DNA of 64,000 nucleotides from an uncultured Fibrobacterota bacterium (lineage in GTDB: Bacteria; Fibrobacterota; Chitinivibrionia; Chitinivibrionales; FEN-1185): NCBI GenBank assembly GCA_963729895.1, contig CAVSQB010000019.1, forward strand, positions 175,128 to 239,127. Reading direction: 5' to 3'. Position numbers and translations under genes: made by a program. Below, one piece after another: positions 19,143-29,905 of this stretch; within the stretch, counting starts at the first letter, position 1; each line of letters begins with the position of its first letter. The notes beneath the pieces were generated by a model, which saw only the letters and a program-made list of their open reading frames with translations, made no database searches and was not told where the DNA came from.

Positions 19143-20720
19143 CTACGTGAGCGTAAATGCTATGAAGAATGTGGTTTCCCCACGCGCGACGAGAAGCATT
19201 ATGGAATCGCCCTTCTTGAGGCCCTTTGCGACGGCGTCGAACTCCTTGACAGTCGTCACCGTCTGGAAATCGCTGTTTTTGACCTTCACTTGTTCGATGA
19301 CGTCACCTTCCTTCAGGCCTGCTCGGGCATCCGCGAGCATCTGATCCACCGTTTCGATAACCACACCCCGGGTTTTTTCATCAATACCGTATTTCTTTCT
19401 GAGTTCGACCGTAATATTTGCAACCGAGAATCCGAGCCGCTTTTCCTTTTCGGGTGAGGCCGCTTCCTCCGCTTTCTTGGACTCGGGACGGCTCAGTGCG
19501 GCAATTTCCTTTTCGTTGCGCTCCCGCGGTGTGATAGAAAGCGTCTGCTCCTTGCCGTTGCGGATAATCACCACCGGCACGGCCTTGTCCGGTGAAAGGT
19601 CGGCCACGGTGTTGCGGAGCTGGTTCGGATTATCGACGTCTTTTCCCCCTACAGAAACGATAACATCCCCGCGCCTGATGCCCGCCTTGTCGGCCGGCTG
19701 GCCTTTGTAAACATCGGCAACAAGAACGCCTTTTCGCTCCTTAAGCCCCAATGCCTCCCGTGTTGCCTCGTTGATGTTCTGTATCGAAATACCGATCCAA
19801 CCGCGCGTGACCTTTCCTTTATGAATAAGATCATCCATCACCTTTTGCGCCATGTTGATCGGAATGGCGAACCCGATTCCCATGAATCCGCCGGTCTCGG
19901 TGTAGATCATCGTATTGATGCCGATCACCTTTCCGTCTATATTGACAAGAGCGCCTCCTGAATTTCCCGGGTTGATCGCCGCATCGGTCTGGATGTAGCT
20001 CTGATACAGGTTCGGGTTGCCCACCTCGCGCCCAAGGGCAGACACGATGCCCAGCGTCACCGTTGACGTGAGACTGAAAGGATTCCCTATGGCAAGCGCC
20101 CAATCTCCGGGCCGAAGTTGCGTGGCGTCGCCAAGCTCGGCAATCGGCAAATGGTTCACTTTTTCTTTGATCTTGATGACCGCCACGTCCGACAGCGAAT
20201 CCGTTCCAATGATTTTTGCGTCAAAGCTTCGCTCGTCGGAAAGTTTCACATTGATCTCGTTTGCCCCGGAAACAACGTGGTAATTTGTGAGGATGTACCC
20301 GTCTTCCGAGACGATGACGCCCGAGCCAAGGGCTTGCTGCCGGAATTCGCGTTTTTGAACAGGGGGTTTGCCTCTATTCCCTCGCTGTTGCGGCTGGCCG
20401 AAAAAGAATTGGAATGGATTGTCCATGAAACTGTCGCTGAAGAAATTGTAAAAAGGGTTTTGGCTGTAGGTTTCGGTGTCGATTTTGGTGAGAATTACCG
20501 ACACGACACTCGGGGTAATTTTTGCGGCGATATCCGCGAATACCGTCCTGAAGTTATCAGATGCAATGGCCTTTGAAATAGGTGCTACCGCTGCAGAAGC
20601 GGAAGCAGGTGGAGCCGAAGACGCATTCGATTCGGAAGACGAACACGAAATTGACGTATACGCCGAGACAACCAACATCATGGTAACAGTCACACTTGTA
20701 ACTCGCGAACGACGTCTCAT
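19143..20720 (-). CDS. degQ: HtrA/DegQ family serine protease with two PDZ domains
   Basis: 'GSGVI', 'TNYHVV', 'SDVAV', 'TDAAINPGNSGG' and two PDZ domains. Confidence 0.92.
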   Translation of the reverse strand: MRRRSRVTSVTVTMMLVVSAYTSISCSSSESNASSAPPASASAAVAPISKAIASDNFRTVFADIAAKITPSVVSVILTKIDTETYSQNPFYNFFSDSFMDNPFQFFFGQPQQRGNRGKPPVQKREFRQQALGSGVIVSEDGYILTNYHVVSGANEINVKLSDERSFDAKIIGTDSLSDVAVIKIKEKVNHLPIAELGDATQLRPGDWALAIGNPFSLTSTVTLGIVSALGREVGNPNLYQSYIQTDAAINPGNSGGALVNIDGKVIGINTMIYTETGGFMGIGFAIPINMAQKVMDDLIHKGKVTRGWIGISIQNINEATREALGLKERKGVLVADVYKGQPADKAGIRRGDVIVSVGGKDVDNPNQLRNTVADLSPDKAVPVVIIRNGKEQTLSITPRERNEKEIAALSRPESKKAEEAASPEKEKRLGFSVANITVELRKKYGIDEKTRGVVIETVDQMLADARAGLKEGDVIEQVKVKNSDFQTVTTVKEFDAVAKGLKKGDSIMLLVARGETTFFIAFTLT

Positions 20721-20852
20721 GATTTGTTCCTTTCGTTTGAAGAGGAATAAGGCCGGCCCATCGTTGGGACATTTTGGCCAAAGTTCAGGTTGGCCTGCCT
20801 TTGACTAGCCGCACGATTTCGGCCCTTTTACAATTCGCATCTTAGAAATACC

Positions 20853-20867
20853 GCAACAAACGTACCA
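20853..20867 (-). promoter_or_regulatory. sigma54 -24/-12 promoter (degQ-pal)
   Basis: Minus strand TGGTACG-TTTG-TTGC. Confidence 0.65.
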
Positions 20868-21062
20868 ATGCTTCGGTTGAAGCATTGCCTCAGCATCTTG
20901 AACAGCCCTTAAGATGTTTCGTACATTCCGGCTGTTGTGGCCTCCTAATTTTTTTCCGATTTTCAAAAATCTTCCTTTCTTTTCTTAAAATTAACAAAAC
21001 ACTATTAGATTGCGGTCGGTAAAGAGTGATACCGCGGCAGCCTGTTGGAAAATGCTGGATGA

Positions 21063-21078
21063 TGGTACATCCTTTGCT
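21063..21078 (+). promoter_or_regulatory. sigma54 -24/-12 promoter (TolC-MacAB operon)
   Basis: TGGTACA-TCCT-TTGCT. Confidence 0.65.
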
Positions 21079-21188
21079 TTACTGGTATTCAAATCCTTAA
21101 TAAGAACAGCCGAAACCGTTCATGTCCTTTGAACCAGGTAAAGAAATGGTTATGCTGATCTTTTACTCCATGGTCGTGACCGCCCTAG

Positions 21189-22500
21189 CAGGGTGTTGAA
21201 AAAGTCTCCCTTTTGTAAACATTTATCCTTATATTATAGGGGAACCCCAACCAAGGAGTATTGATGAGAGGTTCCCAGCCAGCCCAAGGCGGTATGTTCA
21301 GCTTCGTTTCTCCGGATTCCCGAGTGCCGGCAACACACCCGCTTCGTCGTGTCAAACAGTTTACGGACATAGCGCTGCGCCGCCTTTCTCGTGACTTTGA
21401 GGCGATGTACAGCCGGATGGGACGCCCTTCGATACCGCCGGAATGGCTTTTGAAAGCACAGATATTGATGGCTTTGTTTTCGATACGGTCGGACCGGTTG
21501 TTTTGCGAGATGCTGGACTATAACATTCTGTTCCGATGGTTTCTTGACATGGATCTGGATGCGGCATCGTTTGATCATAGTGTGTTTTCGAAGAACCGAG
21601 ATCGACTTATGGAACAGGAGATTGCGCACCGGCTGATGCAGGAAATCGTGCGTCTTGCTCGTTCCGAAGAGTTGTTGTCCGATGAGCATTTCACGGTTGA
21701 CGGCACGTTGATTGAAGCCTGGGCATCGATGAAGAGCTTCAAGCGAAAAGACGCGGAATCGGCGAACAAGACTGACGATGATCGGAGTAATCCGTCGGTT
21801 GATTTCCACCATGAGAAGCGAAGCAATGAGACACATCAGAGTTCGACCGATCCAGAGGCGCGGTTGGCTCGGAAGAACAAGAGAACGGGAGCGCAGCTGG
21901 CGTATTCCGGTCACGTGCTGATGGAAAACCGAAATGGGTTGTGTGTTGATATCGCCATTGCGCCAGCGACGGGGACAGCGGAACGGGATATGGCGCTTGA
22001 GCTGATAAAGCATGAACGCAGGCGCGGAAAACGCCGGATGAAGACGGTGGGTGCAGACAAAGGGTATCATGCAACCGAATTTATCAAGAGCCTGCGACGC
22101 CTGCACGTGAAGCCTCACATTGCCGAGAAGGCCAACACTTCGCTTAAAGGGTTGGATGGAAGAACGACTCGGCATAAGGGATACAGCGTAAGTCAAAGGA
22201 AACGAAAACGGGTTGAAGAGATATTTGGGTGGATCAAGAGCGTCGGTGGCCTGCGGAAAACTCGGGTAAGAGGAATACGAATCAACCAGACTGTTGCCTA
22301 CGTGGTTGCCGCAGCGTACAACTTGATACGCATGGTTAAGTTGATGCCGCAAACGGTGGGGGCAGCATGAGAATGGCCTGGGAATCCGGGGAAATGCCTC
22401 GGAACGAGGCAGGTAAAACCTCTCTGACATATGTAAAGTTGAAGTTAGGTTCATAAAAAATCAACAAGAGCGCTTCTGTTAGGACTATTTCAACAACCTG
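21189..22500 (+). mobile_element. IS5-family insertion sequence, copy 1 (1312 bp)
   Basis: IRL CAGGGTGTTGAAAAAGTC, IRR (reverse complement) CAGGTTGTTGAAATAGTC. CTAG duplicated at 21185-21188 and 22501-22504. Confidence 0.92.
21261..22370 (+). CDS. IS5-family DDE transposase
   Basis: 'VP..HPLR', 'GRPSIPPE', 'FTVDGTLI', 'GADKGY' and 'RKRVEEIFGW.K'. Confidence 0.92.
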   Translation: MMRGSQPAQGGMFSFVSPDSRVPATHPLRRVKQFTDIALRRLSRDFEAMYSRMGRPSIPPEWLLKAQILMALFSIRSDRLFCEMLDYNILFRWFLDMDLDAASFDHSVFSKNRDRLMEQEIAHRLMQEIVRLARSEELLSDEHFTVDGTLIEAWASMKSFKRKDAESANKTDDDRSNPSVDFHHEKRSNETHQSSTDPEARLARKNKRTGAQLAYSGHVLMENRNGLCVDIAIAPATGTAERDMALELIKHERRRGKRRMKTVGADKGYHATEFIKSLRRLHVKPHIAEKANTSLKGLDGRTTRHKGYSVSQRKRKRVEEIFGWIKSVGGLRKTRVRGIRINQTVAYVVAAAYNLIRMVKLMPQTVGAA

Positions 22501-23798
22501 CTAGGCCAGGGCCCGGTCTTTACTCGCGACACCACTTTTTCCCTTCGCCAGTGTATCGACGTCGCTTTGCGAAATAATACGGATGTTCTTAAGGCGGGGT
22601 ATAATCGAACCGTGGCGAGCGCCGATCTGCAGGCAGGCGTAAGTAAGACCCTGCCGAGGCTTTCCCTCTCGTCGGATTACTCCCGCGAAGGCCCTGCTCA
22701 GCAATTCGTGTTTAGTCCTATTGCCGGCCCTTCGCTTCTCGCATCGGGAGCATCAAACTACTACTCAACGGGGATCTCCCTGAGCCAGAGCCTCATCGCG
22801 CCTGCCGATTGGGCAGGAATCGGTCAATCGGCGTATGCCCGCCGTGCCGTGATCGAGAACTCAAAGGAAACAACTTTGGGTACGGCAGAGAGTGTCATCG
22901 AAGCATATTACAATCAGGTTAAATTGACAAAAGCGCTTGACGTTACGCAAAGCGCGGTCCGTCAGAACGAGGAACAGACCGATGTGTCGAGAGCCATGCT
23001 CTCGAACGGCTCCCTTGCCAGGGCCGACATGCTCAAAGCCGAAGTTGCGCTGATGCAGAGCAATTCCGACCAGGTAACAGCCGAAAACAACCTGATGTCC
23101 GGCGCCCGGTCGCTGGCGCTTCTCATTGGAATTTCCGGCATCGTTTTAGTGGATACCGCAATTGGCTTTCCAGATACCCTTACGCCTTTCCCCTCGCAAG
23201 ACTCACTGGTACAAGAAGCTCTCGCCGCGAATCCGGGGTATCGGTCAGCGTGCTATACGCTGTTTTCGCAAAGGTCCGCGCTCCTGTCGTCGTGGTTTGC
23301 CGTGCTTCCCACGTTTGCATTTACTTCCAGTTACTCTTATGTGGATTCGGTTCAATTCTCAAGTGTAGGCTCATGGGCAAACAATAACGCGTGGAGCCTG
23401 GGCGTCCAGTTGAACTGGAACATTCTCGACGGAACGTTTACGGAAGCGCAGATCCGGCGCGCAAAGGCTCAGGTACGGTCGGCCGAGGCGGACCTTGCAA
23501 ACGCCCGGCGCACCACGGAAAACAATGTCCGAGTCGCCCTTGCCTCGGTGCTTGCGGCGCGGAAAAACCTTTCGATCGTCGTGCCCATACTTTCCGAAGC
23601 AAAAGAGAGCTACCTCCTTACCAAGGAGAAATTCAAGCTTGGAGCGGCATCAACGCTCGATCTGCTGTCGAGCCAGGTCACCTTCAATCAATCGTCGCAA
23701 CAGGCAACAAATGCGATCTGCGATTATGACATCGCCCTGGCGCGTTTGAATCTGGCTGTTGGAAGATTGCAGTCGGTTCCATAACCCGGGAGGCACTC

Positions 23799-25022
23799 GT
23801 GATACTTGGGCTGGCTCGAACAATTCGGTCTCTCCGTTTGCCCGACGCATGCGCTGCCATCGCTGCGTTCACGATGCTCGGCTGCGGTCCACGGCCCCTT
23901 CACGTGGATTGCACCGCGGTCAAGCGCGGAGAGATCGTCGCAAGGGTAACTGCGCCCGGGAACATCGCCGCCACGAACGAAGTGCAGATCTCCGCATACG
24001 TCATGGGCATCATTACCCAGCTGCCGGTGGCCGAGGGAGATCGTGTGCAAAAAGGACAAAAGCTTGTGCAAATCGATCCGACGCTTTACGCAGCCCAGGA
24101 GCGGCAGGCGCAGGCAAACCTTGCACTGGCCAAGGCCGGTCTTATGCAAAGTCATGCGGATTACATCCGCAACGCCGGACTGTTCAAGCAAGCCCTTATT
24201 TCGCCGCAACAGATGGAAACCTCGTCCACGCAGTTTCATTCGGACTCGGCCAGGGTGAGCCAAGCGGAAGGGGCACTTGCGCAGGCCCAAGACCAGCTGT
24301 CAAAGACCGCGATATATTCGCCCTTGGACGGGACCGTTACGCAGCTCAATGTCAAAAAAGGCGAGGTTGTGGTGACCGGCACCATGAATATTCCCGGCTC
24401 GGTGCTCATGACCGTCTCGAATCTGGGAATCATGGAATTCGACGCGCAGGTTGACGAAAGCGATTTGCCGAGCGTGGCGCCGGACCAGAGTGCCTCACTG
24501 GCCATCGACGCGCTTCCCGACACGACGCTCCATGGTGCGGTCTTCGAAGTGGGCAGAGCTCCCTTGGGCGGCCAGCCTCAAGCGGGGGCGGCTACCTCTG
24601 TGACCTATCTCGTCAAAATCGGAATTCCCGGCAAGGTGCACGCCCTCACGCCGGGCATGTCCGGCACCGCAGACATTACTGTTGCAGACAAGAAGAACGT
24701 TTTGTACATTCCGATTCAGTCCGTGGTAGCCAGACAGGTGGAAACGGAAAAACGGCAGTCCACCGAACGCGAACAAACCCGAGGCCATCGACCCCAAGCG
24801 GTGCCCGCCTCAGCGCAACAAGCGCAAAAGGAAAAGGAACAGAACGCGGTGTACGTTAACAAAGGAGGTATTGCCCGTGTCGAACCGATAAGCATCGGCA
24901 TCTCGGACCCGAACAGTATAGAAATAACGGGCGGCCTTAAAGAAGGCCAGCGCATCGTTTCCGGCCCGTTTTCCGTTCTTCGCACTCTTAAGGACGGTGA
25001 TAGGGTTCAGGAAAAGAAATGA
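23799..25022 (+). CDS. Efflux periplasmic adaptor / membrane fusion protein (MacA-like)
   Basis: Lipoyl halves 'V.EGD.VQKGQ.L' and 'IYSPLDG.V..LNV..GE.V', a coiled coil, 'VDESD' and 'PGMS'. Confidence 0.88.
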   Translation: MILGLARTIRSLRLPDACAAIAAFTMLGCGPRPLHVDCTAVKRGEIVARVTAPGNIAATNEVQISAYVMGIITQLPVAEGDRVQKGQKLVQIDPTLYAAQERQAQANLALAKAGLMQSHADYIRNAGLFKQALISPQQMETSSTQFHSDSARVSQAEGALAQAQDQLSKTAIYSPLDGTVTQLNVKKGEVVVTGTMNIPGSVLMTVSNLGIMEFDAQVDESDLPSVAPDQSASLAIDALPDTTLHGAVFEVGRAPLGGQPQAGAATSVTYLVKIGIPGKVHALTPGMSGTADITVADKKNVLYIPIQSVVARQVETEKRQSTEREQTRGHRPQAVPASAQQAQKEKEQNAVYVNKGGIARVEPISIGISDPNSIEITGGLKEGQRIVSGPFSVLRTLKDGDRVQEKK

Positions 25023-25127
25023 TGAGCTGGAAAGAATCGTCATGCGTCAAGCCTGTCGAATTATGAACGTCACGAAAACGGTTTCTTCGCAACCTGTTAA
25101 TCCAATACCTCGTTAGACCGGAAGCCC

Positions 25128-25847
25128 ATGATTATAGATATGGAAAACGTCACCAAGGAATACCAGATGGGCAAAGTCCGCCTCCTGGTGCTCAAGGGTA
25201 TTTCATTGACAATAGAAAAAGGCGACTATGTCGCGATCATGGGACCGTCGGGCTCAGGCAAATCAACGCTCATGAACCTGCTTGGCTGCCTGGACACACC
25301 CACCTCCGGAAGGTATCTCCTCGGAGGCGAGAACGTCGCCACAAAAGACGACGACGAATTGGCCCATATCCGTAACCGCACCATCGGTTTCGTGTTCCAG
25401 ACTTTCAACCTGCTGCCTTCCGAGGCATCGGTCCGCAATGTGGAGCTGCCGCTTCTATACGCAGGCGTCAACGCCGCGAAGCGGCATGAAGCGGCACGGC
25501 GGGCGCTTGCGGCCGTCGGCCTCGGCCACCGGTTGGCCCATCGGCCCACCGAGCTTTCCGGAGGAGAATCGCAGCGCGTGGCCATCGCACGCGCTATTGT
25601 CAATGAGCCGCCGATCATCATGGCCGACGAACCCACCGGCAACCTCGACACTGCAACCGGCGTGGAGATCATGGGCATATTCGACCGGATTCACGCCGAG
25701 GGGAAAACCATCATCCTGGTAACGCATGACGAAACCGTGGCGCGCCATGCCAGCCGCATTGTGCGGTTGAAAGACGGGCTCATTGCCTTAGACGAACAAG
25801 CGCAGCGCGAAGCGTCACCATCCCCGGCCAACCGGGGTGCGCCATGA
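25128..25847 (+). CDS. ABC transporter ATP-binding protein (MacB/LolD-like)
   Basis: GPSGSGKS, 'GFVFQ.FNL', LSGGE, 'ADEPTGNLD' and 'VTH'. Confidence 0.92.
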   Translation: MIIDMENVTKEYQMGKVRLLVLKGISLTIEKGDYVAIMGPSGSGKSTLMNLLGCLDTPTSGRYLLGGENVATKDDDELAHIRNRTIGFVFQTFNLLPSEASVRNVELPLLYAGVNAAKRHEAARRALAAVGLGHRLAHRPTELSGGESQRVAIARAIVNEPPIIMADEPTGNLDTATGVEIMGIFDRIHAEGKTIILVTHDETVARHASRIVRLKDGLIALDEQAQREASPSPANRGAP

Positions 25848-27079
25848 ACATGATCGAACCGGTAAAACTGGCCTTCGGCGCGATACTGGCTCACAAACTT
25901 CGGTCTTTGCTCACCACCCTCGGCATCATGATAGGCGTACTCACGGTGATAGGCATGCTTGCCCTTATCGACGGGCTGAACCGGCTCGTGGGCCAGCAAC
26001 TTTCTTCCATCGGCAGCACCACGCTGTATGTGCAAAAATTCGCATGGGTCATGAGCCGCGCGGAGTTCATCGAGACCAGAGGCAGGAAAAATCTCACTGT
26101 TCAGGATGCCGATGCTATTGCACGCCTGGCGCAATCGGTGCAGCGGGTGGCGCCCATGCTTACGCTTTTCGCCACTGTACGATACCGAGGCCAGGAGGTC
26201 GACGGCGTCCAGATTATAGGTACCACGCCCGATTTTCTTACCATACAGGATTACGGTATAGAAAGCGGCCGGCCGCTAACGGTTGTAGACGAACAACACG
26301 CCCTCCAGAACGGCCTCGTCGGCTCGACAATCGCGGAAAAACTGTTCCCCGCCATCGATCCGCTTGGAAGGAATATCACGATAAACCGGCAGCGCTTCAC
26401 GGTAATCTCGACTCTCAAGAAGAAAGGATCGTTCTTCGGTAGCGACCAGGACAACCTTATTATCATTCCACTCTCGGTTTTTATGAAACGGTTTTCCGGC
26501 CAGGTCACCGAACGGGGTTTCGAGAGCGTCACCGTCGTTGTCCAGCCTCTCGACGAAGCACACATAGAATCTGCCAAGGGGGAAATCTCCTCCATCCTCA
26601 GGAAGATCCGAAAGGTGCCCGCCGGAAAACCGGACGATTTCAACATCAATACCGCAGACGAGCTGCTGTCTCTTTACAGGAAGATAACCACCGGCATTTT
26701 CGGGCTTATGGTAGGCGTGACGGCGTTGTCCCTTGTCGTCGGCGGAATCGGGATCATGAACATCATGCTCGTTTCGGTGTCCGAACGGATCAGAGAAATC
26801 GGGGTCAGGAAAGCAATAGGTGCGCGCAGGCGCGACATACTCGCACAGTTCCTGATCGAGGCTGTATCCCTGTCCCTCATCGGCGGCGTTATCGGAATGG
26901 GATTGGGGTTCCTTATGGCATGGGCTGTGTCGCACGTGGTCAAGCTTCCCGCAGCCGTATCGTGGTGGTCGATTCTGCTTGGATTCGGCTTCTCTGCGTT
27001 TGTGGGTGTGTTCTTCGGGTGGTACCCGGCGTCGAGGGCATCAAAGTTGAATCCGATTGAGGCGCTCCGGCATGAGTAA
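25844..27079 (+). CDS. ABC transporter permease (MacB/FtsX family)
   Basis: '[13 protein letters not shown]', '[28 protein letters not shown]' and '[16 protein letters not shown]'. Confidence 0.92.
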   Translation: MNMIEPVKLAFGAILAHKLRSLLTTLGIMIGVLTVIGMLALIDGLNRLVGQQLSSIGSTTLYVQKFAWVMSRAEFIETRGRKNLTVQDADAIARLAQSVQRVAPMLTLFATVRYRGQEVDGVQIIGTTPDFLTIQDYGIESGRPLTVVDEQHALQNGLVGSTIAEKLFPAIDPLGRNITINRQRFTVISTLKKKGSFFGSDQDNLIIIPLSVFMKRFSGQVTERGFESVTVVVQPLDEAHIESAKGEISSILRKIRKVPAGKPDDFNINTADELLSLYRKITTGIFGLMVGVTALSLVVGGIGIMNIMLVSVSERIREIGVRKAIGARRRDILAQFLIEAVSLSLIGGVIGMGLGFLMAWAVSHVVKLPAAVSWWSILLGFGFSAFVGVFFGWYPASRASKLNPIEALRHE

Positions 27080-27196
27080 TTCTTCAATCCCCGGGTTGCA
27101 GTGATCTGGTCGGCGCAGGCGGTTCCAACCGAACAAAAAGTAACTGCAAGCGCGCAGGTGGCAAGGAGCGCGGCCCCAGGTGAGGAGCGTGGCTCC

Positions 27197-29839
27197 CTAT
27201 TTTTCTTGAAGCACCGGGCCCACGCGAACGACATAGGCGCCGCCGGAAATCCCCAGATCTTTTCGCAGATCAACACTTTCCTTATTGGAAATCCTTTGTG
27301 CAACCAGCCTGCCCGACAAATCATATACCGCAAGCGAATAGTCGTGACCCGGCGAAGCGCCACGAAAAGAAAAACGGCCGCCGGTTACCTTGAACATGCG
27401 AGACAAAGACGCCGGCGTCTTCTGCGGCACGGCGAGGGCAACGGCGACCGGGTTTCCCTGCCCCGATCCGAGGGTCACCGTGGTTCCATTGTACGCCATT
27501 GTTTTTGCAGAGCCGTTCGGGCTTGCAGTGAGTTGCGCGAATGTGTAGGCGCTGAGGGGCTTGGCTGTTCGTTCGAGGACGTAGATTTGGCCCGGCGCGG
27601 TGCCGAAGGAAACCACGCTGTCTGATGAGGTCAAGAGCACGGTGTTGTCCGATGATTTCCGGACCTGAAGTTGCTGGTTTCCCCAGGGGTTGATCACCGC
27701 CGCCGGTTCTCCATACTGGCTCTTGAGGCCGACATACTTGATTTCGCCGCTTTCCTTTTCCGAACTGACCAGAAACCCTCCTCGCGCGAGCAGAGTGAAT
27801 TTGCTTACCAACGACGCGGTAGTCGGCAGCGCGGGAAACACTCTTATCGTGTCGTTGTAACTCTGAAGCAGGGACTCGTTCATCACCACAAGATGCACGC
27901 CGATGAATTCGAACACGCCGTTTGTATTGTTTGTGAAGCCGTTGGGATAGCTCTGGTACGTAGCCAGCATCTGTTTCATGCCGTTCATCGCATTGTCACC
28001 GAGCCCGAGCCGCGCAGCCTGGATCGCGTCGGGCGACCAGATGTTCGAGTATGGATTCGGCCTGCTGTTCCAGTTGTTGAGCGCGGTCTGATAATCCGGT
28101 TTTCCGATCCCGGTGACGCTGTACGGCCACATTATTTCGCACGCAACATTTTCTCCATTTTCCTGGGGAACGGTGGGCGGATCGTAGGCCAGATACCGGG
28201 TTCCCCCATTGTACGCCTCGGTCTTGAAGGGAACGAGGCTGTCGAGAATACCCTGCCAGCGCGGCCACAAAGCGCCATCCACGTTCAATGCCTTTGCAAC
28301 CTGGATCACCTGAGGAAACAGCGAACGCACCGCAGCCAGATCGGTTATGGCGTTCTTTACATTCCAGTACGTTTCGTGCGCATTGGAATTCGCCATGTAA
28401 TACTGTTTTGATCCGGCATCGTACGACAATTTCCCGGCATAGAATTGCGCCGTTGCTTTCATGTACGGATACGCGGTGTCCCGCAGGAAAGCCGAATCGC
28501 CGGTATAAGCGAACCGCATGAACATGTTTGACGAAACTTCCGCGCCGGTTGAGTAGATTTTGTCGGTATAGGTGCTGCTCGTGGTCCACGTCGGATCGCC
28601 GTTGAAGCCCATGGTTTCGGGGGTCCAGGCGCCGTTTATGGAAAAGTCGGCGTTGGTGTACGATTCGATCGCGGCGAGGTTCCGGCTGTACAGCCGGTAG
28701 AATCCGGCGATCGCATCCGGATGATTGGATGCCAGCATGGAATTGTATACGTCGCGCTGGTTCCAATACCAGTAGGCTCCGCTCCAGTGTATGCCGATAT
28801 CGGCGTTGCTTTTGAATACCCCGTTGATAAAGTGAAACGGATAGTTGCCGTATGCGCCGGACGCGATGATGTACTCGGCGAGATAGTAAAAGTTCTCAAG
28901 GTAGTCCGCGTCGCCGGCGGCGTCCGAATACTGGACAAACGATTTGTTCCAGAAGGCGTGCCACCAGGCGGTAAACGCCGACAGCGTCGCGGCATACCCT
29001 GCGGCCTTTAGTGACGCGAGGAGGCTGGTCGCCTGGGTCACCGAATTGTTCCCGGGCGCATTGAGCCTGCTTGCGCAGGCGATCCAGATTGTGTAACTTG
29101 ATGTCGGCGTCACCATCAACTGAACTGTTCTGTTGTCAACTTGTTTGCTGGTGAAAGCGGCGCCGTCAACGGTGGCCGCCAGCGTATACCCGAAATTGTT
29201 TGCATCCGTCTGGCCCCGGCTGACTCCCGCCGCGTTCTGGTTCGCAAACGAGGTGACCGTTTTCCACGTGTTGATGTCCGGCACGTCGGCCATCATGGAG
29301 TTCCAACCGCCGGTTGACGTCATCTGCGTGTTCGGATCCCACATGCTCACCTGGAAGGTCACTGATTTCACCCCGGAACGGCTGTCTTCGACATGAATGC
29401 CGAGCACTTCCGAGTTCGGGGACCCCATTATCGTCACCGTTCGATTGCTGTCGTACTTGGCGGTGATCGAGCCGTCGTACAGCGAAAGGGACTGCTGAAA
29501 CGTGGTGTAATTTGAATCCATGCCCGGACTTGTCGACAAATTCAACAACCCTTCCGAAAAACAGGTCTCCTCCGAAGCATCCACGCCGGTTACCTGCGCG
29601 GTAATTCCATTGACATTCCAGACCATGGCGCCCACCCGGCCGTTTCCGACCGTGAGCGCGTTTGTGAAATTGGTAATGGGCTTGTTGAATACAATATCGC
29701 TTTTCGACAGGTACTTGCCGTAGTCGACCGAGAGCACGCCCTGGGTTTGATCGAACGACTGGGTGGCGGCACACACGGTGGTTTGAAGGCAGGCGATGGT
29801 AAGCAATGTCATGTGCAGAGCAATCAAACGCTGGTTCAT
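27197..29839 (-). CDS. Secreted GH95-like glycoside hydrolase with T9SS-type C-terminal domain
   Basis: GH95-type N-terminal 'VGNGRVGAMVW', an (alpha/alpha)6 region with 'AYPYMK..A.FY', 'NESLLQS', 'IRVFPALP' and 'L.ARGGFLVS'. C-terminus 'AVYDLSGRLV...GAYVVRV'. Confidence 0.7.
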   Translation of the reverse strand: MNQRLIALHMTLLTIACLQTTVCAATQSFDQTQGVLSVDYGKYLSKSDIVFNKPITNFTNALTVGNGRVGAMVWNVNGITAQVTGVDASEETCFSEGLLNLSTSPGMDSNYTTFQQSLSLYDGSITAKYDSNRTVTIMGSPNSEVLGIHVEDSRSGVKSVTFQVSMWDPNTQMTSTGGWNSMMADVPDINTWKTVTSFANQNAAGVSRGQTDANNFGYTLAATVDGAAFTSKQVDNRTVQLMVTPTSSYTIWIACASRLNAPGNNSVTQATSLLASLKAAGYAATLSAFTAWWHAFWNKSFVQYSDAAGDADYLENFYYLAEYIIASGAYGNYPFHFINGVFKSNADIGIHWSGAYWYWNQRDVYNSMLASNHPDAIAGFYRLYSRNLAAIESYTNADFSINGAWTPETMGFNGDPTWTTSSTYTDKIYSTGAEVSSNMFMRFAYTGDSAFLRDTAYPYMKATAQFYAGKLSYDAGSKQYYMANSNAHETYWNVKNAITDLAAVRSLFPQVIQVAKALNVDGALWPRWQGILDSLVPFKTEAYNGGTRYLAYDPPTVPQENGENVACEIMWPYSVTGIGKPDYQTALNNWNSRPNPYSNIWSPDAIQAARLGLGDNAMNGMKQMLATYQSYPNGFTNNTNGVFEFIGVHLVVMNESLLQSYNDTIRVFPALPTTASLVSKFTLLARGGFLVSSEKESGEIKYVGLKSQYGEPAAVINPWGNQQLQVRKSSDNTVLLTSSDSVVSFGTAPGQIYVLERTAKPLSAYTFAQLTASPNGSAKTMAYNGTTVTLGSGQGNPVAVALAVPQKTPASLSRMFKVTGGRFSFRGASPGHDYSLAVYDLSGRLVAQRISNKESVDLRKDLGISGGAYVVRVGPVLQEK

Positions 29840-29905
29840 GGATTCCTCCAACTTAAATGATGATAAATTCGGAAACGCGTAAATCCACTCTCACTTTCCC
29901 GACCT

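Larger units (their letters stand above)
21146..23784 (+). pseudogene. TolC family outer-membrane efflux protein interrupted by IS5 in its signal peptide
   Basis: Removing the IS and one CTAG gives in-frame MVMLIFYSMVVTALG-QGPVFTRDTTFSLRQCIDVALRNN..., continuing into the OEP-repeat ORF 22567-23784. Confidence 0.85.
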
